DNA of 64,000 bases from Bacteroidales bacterium (GTDB taxonomy: Bacteria > Bacteroidota > Bacteroidia > Bacteroidales > UBA10428), in NCBI GenBank assembly GCA_016933335.1, contig JAFGBD010000037.1, positions 9,695 through 73,694 on the forward strand, given 5' to 3'. Positions 9,406 through 17,091 of this stretch are shown one piece after another. The notes beneath the pieces were generated by a model. It made no database searches and was not told the origin of the DNA. It saw nothing but the letters and a program-made list of their open reading frames with translations. Position 1 is the stretch's first letter; each line of letters starts with the position of its first letter. Both the position numbers and the translations under genes were made by a program.

Positions 9406-10089
9406 TCAATCGCCGTTGTCATTTTGATCGGTAAAATCTTCATCAAAACCTGCCGGCTGGTTTTCTGATTCAAAATAATAAATTCTTATTCTTGCAGTAT
9501 CACGGAGAAAATCCACGCGGCCTATCTCTACCCTGTTGATTTTAATACCCGTTCGTTCCTCCAGGTCTTTGATCAGTTCCGCTCTTTTTTCAGGTTTGAT
9601 CAGGTCAATTTTTTCATAAACAATGGTTTTTCTTGATTCATGTTTCAGAAGAAACACCTTTTCGAGCAGGTACGTGACAAGAATAAGGGCAAGATTTGCA
9701 AATATCAGCTCGGCATAGCTTATTTTTTTGTTTGCCAAAGCATTGATTACCGAAATACCGATAATCAGGAACAGATAGGTCATTTCCTTGATATCTATCT
9801 GCAAGGTGCGGTACCGGATGATGCCAAATATGGCAAAGAGTCCCAGTGCAAAACCAAGCTGAAGCTTTACATTCTCAAGGAGAAAGCACAGTGCAAATAT
9901 GACAGAGGATATAAGTATATAAGTGAACAGGTAATCCTTGCGTCTTGCGACAGGGTAATAAATGAACCTCACTATTATAATAACCACAATCAGATTAAAA
10001 CCAAGACGCACCAGTAATTCAAGGAAGTCGGAGAGATTGATTAACCTGATTCCGAATATTTCAGGAACAACTCTTTCAAGGAAGATCAT
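9406..10089 (-). CDS. DUF4956-type membrane protein (partner of the VTC-domain protein)
   Basis: 227 aa with 4-5 hydrophobic helices followed by a soluble C-terminal part (KTIVYEKIDLIKPEKRAELIKDLEERTGIKINRVEIGRVDF). Its start overlaps the VTC gene stop by 14 nt (ATGATCTTCCTTGA). Confidence 0.7.
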   Translation of the reverse strand: MIFLERVVPEIFGIRLINLSDFLELLVRLGFNLIVVIIIVRFIYYPVARRKDYLFTYILISSVIFALCFLLENVKLQLGFALGLFAIFGIIRYRTLQIDIKEMTYLFLIIGISVINALANKKISYAELIFANLALILVTYLLEKVFLLKHESRKTIVYEKIDLIKPEKRAELIKDLEERTGIKINRVEIGRVDFLRDTARIRIYYFESENQPAGFDEDFTDQNDNGD

Positions 10090-10843
10090 TTTGTTTATGT
10101 ATTTTATTGATGAATAATAATTTTTCTTTAAAACGGTTGTATTTTACAGAATCGTCGGTTAAGATCCTGCCGATGCAATATTTGCTTAAACCGCGGGGAG
10201 TGATTCCCAGGTTTTCAAGTATCCCGGTAAAGTCAGATACATGTCCGTTTGAATTGCTGCGCTTGATTTCTGCTATTGCCAGTTTAGGGAGGTCTCTGTG
10301 CACATGTCCGTTATCAAAAAGAATATTGTGGTCAATGGTTATTCTTTCTGTCAGTTCTTTATTTACAAGGGTCATCCTTAGAAAGGACGTATATATTTTT
10401 GGTTCGAGCTGTTTCGAATCAACAGGTGAGTTTTCCCTGATGAAATTTATGGATTCTCTGGTCAGTTCGGTTTCAAGTCCGTGCATCCTGATGCGTTTTT
10501 TAATGGTTCTTCCGTATCTGGTCTTGTATTTTATTTCAAGGAAAAACACATTTGTCTCCTGGTAAGCCCTGAACCTGATCTTATAGCGGTTAACCCTGCC
10601 GTTATGGTGATCGAGATACAGCTTGTTATCGGGAGTGTCATAATATAACGAACGGTAAGAAAAAATACGGTCATCTCCTATTGCCAGGATCCTGTAATAA
10701 GGCATCGATTTTTCAAGGATTTGAGGCAACAAAAGGTTGGAAAAAACATATTTGGAGTCTACCCGGTTCATCAGGCTGACCGAATCCATCTCCTGAAGTG
10801 TTATGCCTTCGAAACCGGATATTATTTTATTGATAGTCTTCAA
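10076..10843 (-). CDS. VTC-domain (polyphosphate polymerase / CYTH-like tunnel) protein
   Basis: 255 aa. Pattern SKYVF...YRSLYYDTPDNKLY...RYKIRFRAY...FLEIKYKTRYGRTIKKR...ERITIDHN...IAEIK matches the alternating basic/acidic beta-strands of VTC/CYTH tunnel enzymes. Confidence 0.75.
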   Translation of the reverse strand: MKTINKIISGFEGITLQEMDSVSLMNRVDSKYVFSNLLLPQILEKSMPYYRILAIGDDRIFSYRSLYYDTPDNKLYLDHHNGRVNRYKIRFRAYQETNVFFLEIKYKTRYGRTIKKRIRMHGLETELTRESINFIRENSPVDSKQLEPKIYTSFLRMTLVNKELTERITIDHNILFDNGHVHRDLPKLAIAEIKRSNSNGHVSDFTGILENLGITPRGLSKYCIGRILTDDSVKYNRFKEKLLFINKIHKQNDLP

Positions 10844-10851
10844 TATTGATA

Positions 10852-11253
10852 TTATTTTGAAAACTTATATTTGTAGACCTTCGACGACACAAGTTTTCCT
10901 TTTTCATTGAATTCTTTTTTGGATATTTTCAACAGACCCTCATAAACATGCTCGGTTTTATAGATGACCCTGCCTGAAGCATCGTATTCAATCTCTGTAA
11001 GTATATCATTGTTCTCATTAAAAGTATACTTGAAGTGCTTCCTGATGCTCCCATCAGGATTATACTTGATTTCCTCGATTAAGTTACCTTCTTCGTCAAA
11101 CCTGTCAATACCTTCAAGGAATATTGATTTACTGTTGGTATGGTTCCATATCTCTTTTGCCACTATCTCTGTGGCCCTGACTTTTCTTTCGGATTGTGCG
11201 CTGACGAACAGGCATACTGACAGAACCAATAAGGATAAGAGAAATTTCTTCAT
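10852..11253 (-). CDS. Small secreted protein built of YD-like hairpin repeats
   Basis: 133 aa with a signal peptide (MKKFLLSLLVLSVCLFVSAQ). Repeats of the type FDEEGNLIEEIKYNPDGSIRKHFKYTF / EYDASGRVIYKTEHVY / FNEKGKLVSSKVYKYKF. Confidence 0.6.
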   Translation of the reverse strand: MKKFLLSLLVLSVCLFVSAQSERKVRATEIVAKEIWNHTNSKSIFLEGIDRFDEEGNLIEEIKYNPDGSIRKHFKYTFNENNDILTEIEYDASGRVIYKTEHVYEGLLKISKKEFNEKGKLVSSKVYKYKFSK

Positions 11254-11254
11254 T

Positions 11255-11983
11255 TTATTTGATAATTACAAGAGAATCGGAGATTACAATATGTTGAAAA
11301 TCCCGGTAGATGGTTACCGTTTTTGAAACAGGGATGAGCATCCGTGCAAAGGGATCAGAAAGGGCATAAACAGTATAGGTGCCTTTAACCAGGTTTTCAA
11401 ACCTGAATGTTCCGTCGTGGTATGTTTTTACATCATCAAAATGAAAGGGATCATCACCGTAAACGATGAATACATCCTCATCTGCCCCGTAATATTCAGC
11501 TATGATATCGGTCCGCTCTGCGTTCTTATCCACCACCCAGACTTTGCCTGTAACAGATGAGGTGCCTTCATCATAGTCGCATTTATCCAGTGTTATTAAA
11601 TCCTGAACATGCACTGTTTCGTTATTGCCCGGAACATGTACATCGGCGATGACAGGTACAAGTCCTGAGGCTGAATTTCCCGAGGTGTCGGCAGAATAAA
11701 CAAATACCCTGTAATTTCCCTTTCTCAGGTATTCGAACCTGTATGTCCCGTCCCAGTTTGTACTGTAACGGTCGCTGTATGTTTTGTTACTGCCGTAAAT
11801 GATGTATACATCGGCATCCGGCACGTAAAAGCTGTCCAGTAAATGTGTAAAAGAATTGTTATATATTTTTGCAAAGACCTTTCCGGTTATTACCGAGTTA
11901 CCTCCTTCACCTTCTTCCTTGCTGCATGAGAATGCCAAAACTGCCAGAACCATCAGATACATCATACGCTTCATACAAATCAC
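11255..11983 (-). CDS. Lipoprotein with two tandem carboxypeptidase-regulatory-like (Ig-like beta-sandwich) domains
   Basis: Lipobox LAFSC. Internal duplication: VITGKVF..DADVYIIYG..WDGTYRFEYLRKGNYRVFVYS versus SVTGKVW..DEDVFIVYG..HDGTFRFENLVKGTYTVYALS. The start could be Met4 (11974). Confidence 0.65.
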   Translation of the reverse strand: MICMKRMMYLMVLAVLAFSCSKEEGEGGNSVITGKVFAKIYNNSFTHLLDSFYVPDADVYIIYGSNKTYSDRYSTNWDGTYRFEYLRKGNYRVFVYSADTSGNSASGLVPVIADVHVPGNNETVHVQDLITLDKCDYDEGTSSVTGKVWVVDKNAERTDIIAEYYGADEDVFIVYGDDPFHFDDVKTYHDGTFRFENLVKGTYTVYALSDPFARMLIPVSKTVTIYRDFQHIVISDSLVIIK

Positions 11984-12000
11984 GTTTTAAATTTTTTCAG

Positions 12001-12008
12001 CAAATATA
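12001..12008 (-). promoter_or_regulatory. Candidate -7 box (TATATTTG on the minus strand) for the lipoprotein/VTC/DUF4956 operon
   Basis: The plus strand reads CAAATATA, 18 nt upstream of the ATG at 11983. Confidence 0.35.
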
Positions 12009-12169
12009 GTTCCAATATTGATTTTTACTACAGAAAATCGACAAACATGGGATATTTAATGAATAAAAGGATTGCAGATTATTCTGTTCATTGATTTTAA
12101 ATATTGTTCAAGTGAATTATTTCCCTTATACTTACGCAACAGAAATAAGTTGCAAAATTATATATAATT

Positions 12170-12331
12170 ATGAAGAAATATAAATGCACTGTCTGCGGAT
12201 ACATTTATGATCCAGAAGAAGGTGATCCGGATGGCGGAATATCTCCCGGAACATCTTTTGAAGATATTCCTGATAACTGGGCATGCCCCGTATGCGGAGT
12301 TTCAAAGGAAGATTTTGAGGAGACTGAATAA
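12170..12331 (+). CDS. rub: Rubredoxin
   Basis: My own translation gives [53 protein letters not shown] (53 aa). It has the two CxxCG knuckles and the conserved YxYDP and DxW of rubredoxins. Absent from the ORF track because it is under 60 aa. Confidence 0.92.
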   Translation: MKKYKCTVCGYIYDPEEGDPDGGISPGTSFEDIPDNWACPVCGVSKEDFEETE

Positions 12332-12410
12332 GGATTTGACATTTAGAAAAATATTGAGTAATATAGTTCAAGTAATTCCAGAATTCATTTAAAACATTAA
12401 ATACTTTAAA

Positions 12411-14012
12411 ATGAAAAAGTTAGCTTTTTTATGCATCTTTCTGTTTACAGGAACACAAATATGGGCTGTTGAAACTGAATCAGTCATCAAAGAGGTGACT
12501 GTCTATCAGAACGGGGCAAAGATCGTCAGGGAAGCTTATGTAAATATTACTGCAGGCAATTCAGAAGTGGTTTTTACCGATTTAACGACTTCATTGAAGC
12601 AGAGCAGTGTTCAGGTGGAACTCGAAGGAAATGCCATATTGCTTTCGGCAACTTCAAGGATTAATTACCTGAAGGAAAAAGAGAAATCGCGCCTGGTAAA
12701 GGTTTTACAGGATTCTCTTAATATGATAGAAAACCAGCTGAAGATACTGGCGGGTGAAAAATCGGTATATACCGGCGAGGAAAAACTGATCAATGAAAAC
12801 ACCAAACTGGGAAGCGAGCAGTCCGGTGTCGAGGTAACCGAGCTGAAGCTCCTGTCTGATTTTTACAGGACGAGACTCATGGATATTAAAAAACAGTTGA
12901 TTAACATTGAAGCCAAAGAACAGGATCTGAAAAATACCAGGACAAGGATACAGCGACAACTGAGCGATTTAAATGCTTTACAGAACAAACCCACCGGTGA
13001 GGTTGTTCTCAATCTTGCTGCCAACAGTCCGGTGAAGGTTAAAATCAGGGTATCATACCTGGCTTCGGGCGCAGGCTGGTACCCGGTATACGATATCCGT
13101 TCAGAGAGCACTGTCAGACCAATCAAGCTGGTCTATAAAGCCAATGTTTACCAGTCCACCGGCTATGACTGGAAAGACGTGAAGATGTCAGTATCTACAA
13201 GAAACCCGGAGGCAGACCAGAACCGGCCGATACTCAATCCCTGGTTCATCGATTTTTACCAGCCCCAGATGCCGGTTCTCAGGGAAATGAAAAGTGCCAG
13301 GGCACCCGAAGCTGCAATGAACATATACCAGGAAGCTATTGAATTTGAGCCGGGTGATGAAATTTCAGCGCCTGTCAGGTATGAAGTTACGGAATCATCA
13401 GGTATGATGGCCACCGAGTATGCCATTGAGAACAGGCAGAGCATACCCTCCGACAGCAAAGAACATATGGTGGCCGTAAAAGAATTCGAAGTGGATGCCG
13501 GGTACACTTATCATGCTGTCCCCAAGCTCAGCGACGGCGTGTTCCTGCTCGCCAAGCTGGCAGATTTTGGCGACCTGAGCCTGCTGCCCGGGAAAGCCAA
13601 CCTGTTCAACGAGGGCATGTATGTCGGGCAGTCAGACATCAATCCGTTTACCACGGCCGACACCATGATGATTTCGCTCGGCAGGGATGAGAAAATATCC
13701 ATCAAAAGAACAGTGCTGAAGGATCTCACAACCAAACATACAATCGGTACCAATATAAAAGAAACCAAAGGCTTTGAACTGCTGATCAAGAATAACAAAA
13801 ACATACAGGTTGACCTGGAAATCCTGGATAACATTCCACTCTCAAAAAACAAGGATATTGAAGTAAACCTCGACAATGACGGGGGAGGAAACCTGATGAA
13901 GGAATACGGAAGACTTCTCTGGCGAGTCAACCTGAAGCCGGGCGAAAGCAGGAAGATCGATTATTCGTTTTCTGTTAAATATCCAAAGGACAGGACCATT
14001 TCAGGATTGTAG
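12411..14012 (+). CDS. DUF4140/DUF4139 family protein (mucoidy inhibitor MuiA-like), secreted
   Basis: 533 aa with a signal peptide (MKKLAFLCIFLFTGTQIWA). N-terminal VTVYQNGAKIVREA beta-region, a central coiled coil (LKILAGEK...IKKQLINIEAKEQDLKNTRTRIQRQLSDL), and a C-terminal block typical of the TIGR02231/DUF4139 family. Confidence 0.7.
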   Translation: MKKLAFLCIFLFTGTQIWAVETESVIKEVTVYQNGAKIVREAYVNITAGNSEVVFTDLTTSLKQSSVQVELEGNAILLSATSRINYLKEKEKSRLVKVLQDSLNMIENQLKILAGEKSVYTGEEKLINENTKLGSEQSGVEVTELKLLSDFYRTRLMDIKKQLINIEAKEQDLKNTRTRIQRQLSDLNALQNKPTGEVVLNLAANSPVKVKIRVSYLASGAGWYPVYDIRSESTVRPIKLVYKANVYQSTGYDWKDVKMSVSTRNPEADQNRPILNPWFIDFYQPQMPVLREMKSARAPEAAMNIYQEAIEFEPGDEISAPVRYEVTESSGMMATEYAIENRQSIPSDSKEHMVAVKEFEVDAGYTYHAVPKLSDGVFLLAKLADFGDLSLLPGKANLFNEGMYVGQSDINPFTTADTMMISLGRDEKISIKRTVLKDLTTKHTIGTNIKETKGFELLIKNNKNIQVDLEILDNIPLSKNKDIEVNLDNDGGGNLMKEYGRLLWRVNLKPGESRKIDYSFSVKYPKDRTISGL

Positions 14013-14049
14013 CAAGTTGATCGCTTTCCTGATCAGGATTTTGTGGATT

Positions 14050-14439
14050 CTATTCTATTTGCTTTTTAATTTCTTCAACGAACTCTTTAACCTGTCCGAT
14101 TAAAGGCTCAACAACCTTTTTATCAAAGTCAAACAAATCGCCATAGTCTCCTTTTTGTCTCAAATCGAATAGCTTTGTGAAAAGCCTGCCAAATTTTTTA
14201 TCGATCTTACCCGATTTTATATAATAAAGCCCAAATTGAGTTCTTGCCCCGTCGTGTGTTTGAGTTTCTATATCATTCTTTAATAATAAAGAAAATACAG
14301 CGTAAAAACACGAATAATACAGTCTGTTTAAAACCGCATTCCATCTTTCTTTTTCTGCAAGAATCAAAGCTTCTTCAAACGTTTCCTCTGATCGATGGAA
14401 TCTATATTTTATATAATCATCTTTATTGCCGATTGTCAT
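14050..14439 (-). CDS. HEPN domain protein (putative toxin of an MNT-HEPN pair)
   Basis: 129 aa, all-helical. Has WNAVLNRLYYSCFYAV and FDLRQKGDYGD blocks typical of the small HEPN subfamily paired with minimal nucleotidyltransferases. ATGA overlap with the upstream MNT gene. Confidence 0.85.
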   Translation of the reverse strand: MTIGNKDDYIKYRFHRSEETFEEALILAEKERWNAVLNRLYYSCFYAVFSLLLKNDIETQTHDGARTQFGLYYIKSGKIDKKFGRLFTKLFDLRQKGDYGDLFDFDKKVVEPLIGQVKEFVEEIKKQIE

Positions 14440-14750
14440 AATTGTATTCCCTCTTTAGTCACTTTCTTATATAAAGGGGAAAATATTAAGGCGCTTTTCC
14501 AGTATTCTTTAGGGTAGATGAACGCTGAGATTATTTGTCCTGAATCTAACTCAATATCAAATAAGCCATCCCTGAACCTGTCCTCAATCTCATTTGTAAT
14601 TTCTTTTGAATCAACCAGTATCAAAATATCCCAGTCTGAATCAGGATGAAAGTCTCCCCTGGCCCGGGATCCAAAAAGATATGCAACAGCCTTTGGATCC
14701 TTTTTATGAATTGTTTTTTTAATTCTATCTTGTATCTGATTCTGGTCCAT
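14436..14750 (-). CDS. Minimal nucleotidyltransferase (MNT; putative antitoxin)
   Basis: Has the GSRARGDFHPDSDWDILIL motif (GSxxRG...SDxD) of Pol-beta superfamily NTases. I prefer the start at MDQNQIQ (cat at 14748..14750), because a TATCTTTG -7 box (14769..14776) lies inside the longer ORF-track version (14813). Confidence 0.85.
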   Translation of the reverse strand: MDQNQIQDRIKKTIHKKDPKAVAYLFGSRARGDFHPDSDWDILILVDSKEITNEIEDRFRDGLFDIELDSGQIISAFIYPKEYWKSALIFSPLYKKVTKEGIQL

Positions 14751-14768
14751 TACCTTCAGTATTATACC

Positions 14769-14776
14769 CAAAGATA
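14769..14776 (-). promoter_or_regulatory. Candidate -7 box (TATCTTTG on the minus strand) for the MNT-HEPN operon
   Basis: The plus strand reads CAAAGATA. Exact TAnnTTTG on the minus strand, 19 nt upstream of the ATG at 14750. Confidence 0.35.
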
Positions 14777-14892
14777 TATATTTATTGTGAAAGTCTGAGA
14801 AGTCAAATTGCAATAAGGGCTAATCAATTGTCTTGTCCCCGGTTGCCCGGATTTTAACAATAATATAACATCAAAATTTATCGCAGATTTAT

Positions 14893-14900
14893 TAATTTTG
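14893..14900 (+). promoter_or_regulatory. Candidate Bacteroidota -7 promoter box (TAATTTTG) for the LTA-synthase-family gene
   Basis: Exact TAnnTTTG match, 27 nt upstream of the ATG at 14927. Confidence 0.4.
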
Positions 14901-14926
14901 GCTTTTTGTTTTGAAGGACAATACCA

Positions 14927-16762
14927 ATGCTGTATCTCTCAACATACTTCACACTGATTAAAAGAATCCTGTTTCTTTTATTGATATATACCATTTCCAG
15001 GTTCGGGTTCTTCTTTTTCAATCTTGGCTGGTTTGGCAGCATGGGTTTCTTTGATGTCCTGACGGCTTTTTTGAAAGGTATTCTCTTCGATCTGAAAACC
15101 ATTCTGATCATCAACCTCCCATTTATCATATTCTCTCTTCTTCCTTTCGGTTTTATTTTTAAAAAATGGTATCAGAAAACTTTGAAAATCTATTTTTTAG
15201 TAACAAACCTGATCCCGTTGTTCTTTAATATTGCCGATTACGAGTATTCAAAATTCATTGGTAAGAGAAGTGATATAAGCCTTTTTGGTGTGAGGAACGA
15301 CATTGTCGAACAGCTTGGCCAGATGGCGGCTGATTTCTGGTACCTTCTGTTGATCGGTGTTATTTCCGGGATTATACTCTGGATATTTTATCCTTTGAGA
15401 ACCAGAAAACTCTACAGAATAAAACCGGCATATGTTCTGCCTGTCTTTATCATTTTCGGGGGATTTGTTTTTCTGGGCATGAGAGGCAGCCTTAGAGTGA
15501 AACCCCTGCTTCCTGTTGCCGCATACGGCGGTTCACCTGAGAGGGCTAACCTGATGCTGAACACACCGTTCTGCATCATCCATACACTGGATAAAGAACC
15601 GCTAAAGGCAGTGGACTATTTTTCCGATGAAGAACTCGAAAAGCATCTCCCTGTTCCTTACACCAGGTCTGATACAAACCGCCTGGGCAATAATATCCTG
15701 ATCATCATCGTGGAAAGTCTTTCACCAGAGTTTGTCGGACACCTGAACAATACAGAGGGATATACACCTTTTCTGGATACGCTTGCAGACAGGGGAATAT
15801 CATTCAGGTACTGCTTCTCAAACGGCCGGACTTCTCAACAGGCAGTACCTTCGATCCTTATCGGGATACCACAACTGATGGATGAATCGATATCCACGTC
15901 ACAATACCAGACCAACCATTTCTTTTCACTGGCTGAACATTTAAAGCAATTCGGTTATCATTCCTGGTTTTTTCACGGCGGCAATAACGGTACAATGGGT
16001 TTTGACACGTTCACGAAGAAAGTGGGATTCACCTATTTCGGTGCTGATGAATATCCTGATAAAAGAGATCATGATGGCAGCTGGGGCATATATGACGGTC
16101 CGTACCTTAAATATTGTGCAGGCATGCTCGATAAACTGCCAAAACCTTTCTTCGGCGCGATATTCACCCTGAGCTCACATCAGCCTTACCTGATACCGGA
16201 CGACCTCAGGGAAAAATTCAATCGTTCAAAGAATCCTGCCCAGAATGTTATGGCATACACCGATTATTCCATTAAAGGATTTTTTAAGGAGGCTGAAAAG
16301 ACTGACTGGTTTAAAAATACGCTCTTTATTATCACGGCAGATCATACCCATCCGCACATTGAGCATAAATACCAGGGATACATCGACGGTTACAGGATAC
16401 CCATGATCATCTGCCATCCATCATTAAAATTAACTGCGGATACAGATAAGATCGTGCAGCAGATTGATATCCTGCCGACGATCGCAGATTTCCTGGGGAT
16501 CGATCCGGCCGGACTGCCCAGGTTTGGCCGGTCTGTTCTGCAGGATGATACAAACCGGAATGCCCTTTTCTATGCCCATCATTCCTGTTATCTTGTCAGA
16601 AAAGATCATTACCTTGAAATGCTGGACGGTGACTTCCGGTTCAAAGACTGGCATGACAACCCTGTTGAATCACCTCCGGCCTCAGCAGAAGATGAAAACC
16701 TGCTGAAAGCTTACAGGCAATATTTTAACAACAGCATGGTGAATAATTCTTTTGTAAAATGA
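14927..16762 (+). CDS. LTA-synthase family sulfatase-fold membrane protein (phosphoglycerol/phosphoethanolamine-type transferase)
   Basis: 611 aa. N-terminal polytopic membrane part followed by an extracytoplasmic alkaline-phosphatase/sulfatase domain (ILIIIVESLSPEF...FFHGGNNGTMGFD...LFIITADHTHPH). Confidence 0.85.
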   Translation: MLYLSTYFTLIKRILFLLLIYTISRFGFFFFNLGWFGSMGFFDVLTAFLKGILFDLKTILIINLPFIIFSLLPFGFIFKKWYQKTLKIYFLVTNLIPLFFNIADYEYSKFIGKRSDISLFGVRNDIVEQLGQMAADFWYLLLIGVISGIILWIFYPLRTRKLYRIKPAYVLPVFIIFGGFVFLGMRGSLRVKPLLPVAAYGGSPERANLMLNTPFCIIHTLDKEPLKAVDYFSDEELEKHLPVPYTRSDTNRLGNNILIIIVESLSPEFVGHLNNTEGYTPFLDTLADRGISFRYCFSNGRTSQQAVPSILIGIPQLMDESISTSQYQTNHFFSLAEHLKQFGYHSWFFHGGNNGTMGFDTFTKKVGFTYFGADEYPDKRDHDGSWGIYDGPYLKYCAGMLDKLPKPFFGAIFTLSSHQPYLIPDDLREKFNRSKNPAQNVMAYTDYSIKGFFKEAEKTDWFKNTLFIITADHTHPHIEHKYQGYIDGYRIPMIICHPSLKLTADTDKIVQQIDILPTIADFLGIDPAGLPRFGRSVLQDDTNRNALFYAHHSCYLVRKDHYLEMLDGDFRFKDWHDNPVESPPASAEDENLLKAYRQYFNNSMVNNSFVK

Positions 16763-17091
16763 GCATGCCGAAACCACAGATCAATGGTTGGATGGTTTAC
16801 CCTGTAAGGAATATGGGTTGTAAAAATAATTTCATGATTTTAACGATATTTATTTATCTTTGCCACTAATTTTTTTCAGGATAGCTGAAAAAATGAATTA
16901 AGGGCTTCAAGAATAAACCACCTGCCTGGTTGATCTGACACTAAAATATCTGAGTGATGACGGCAATACCGATTAAACCCTGAGATCAGCAATAATATTG
17001 TTTTTGAAGTTTTTAATTGAGACGGGTCAACTACGAATATCCATATGGATAAGGATGAAAAAGGAAATTATATAATCATCGAACCAGAATC

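Noticed and set aside
9159-9473. ORFs 9159..9473(-) and 9232..9468(+) in the spacer between DUF4956 and PAP2.
   Set aside because: Both overlap the ends of flanking well-supported genes, have no motifs, and are mutually antisense. I treat the region as non-coding (see the spacer finding).
12168-12392. Track ORFs 12168..12371(-) and 12207..12392(+).
   Set aside because: They overlap the textbook rubredoxin gene at 12170..12331 in other frames and have no motifs.
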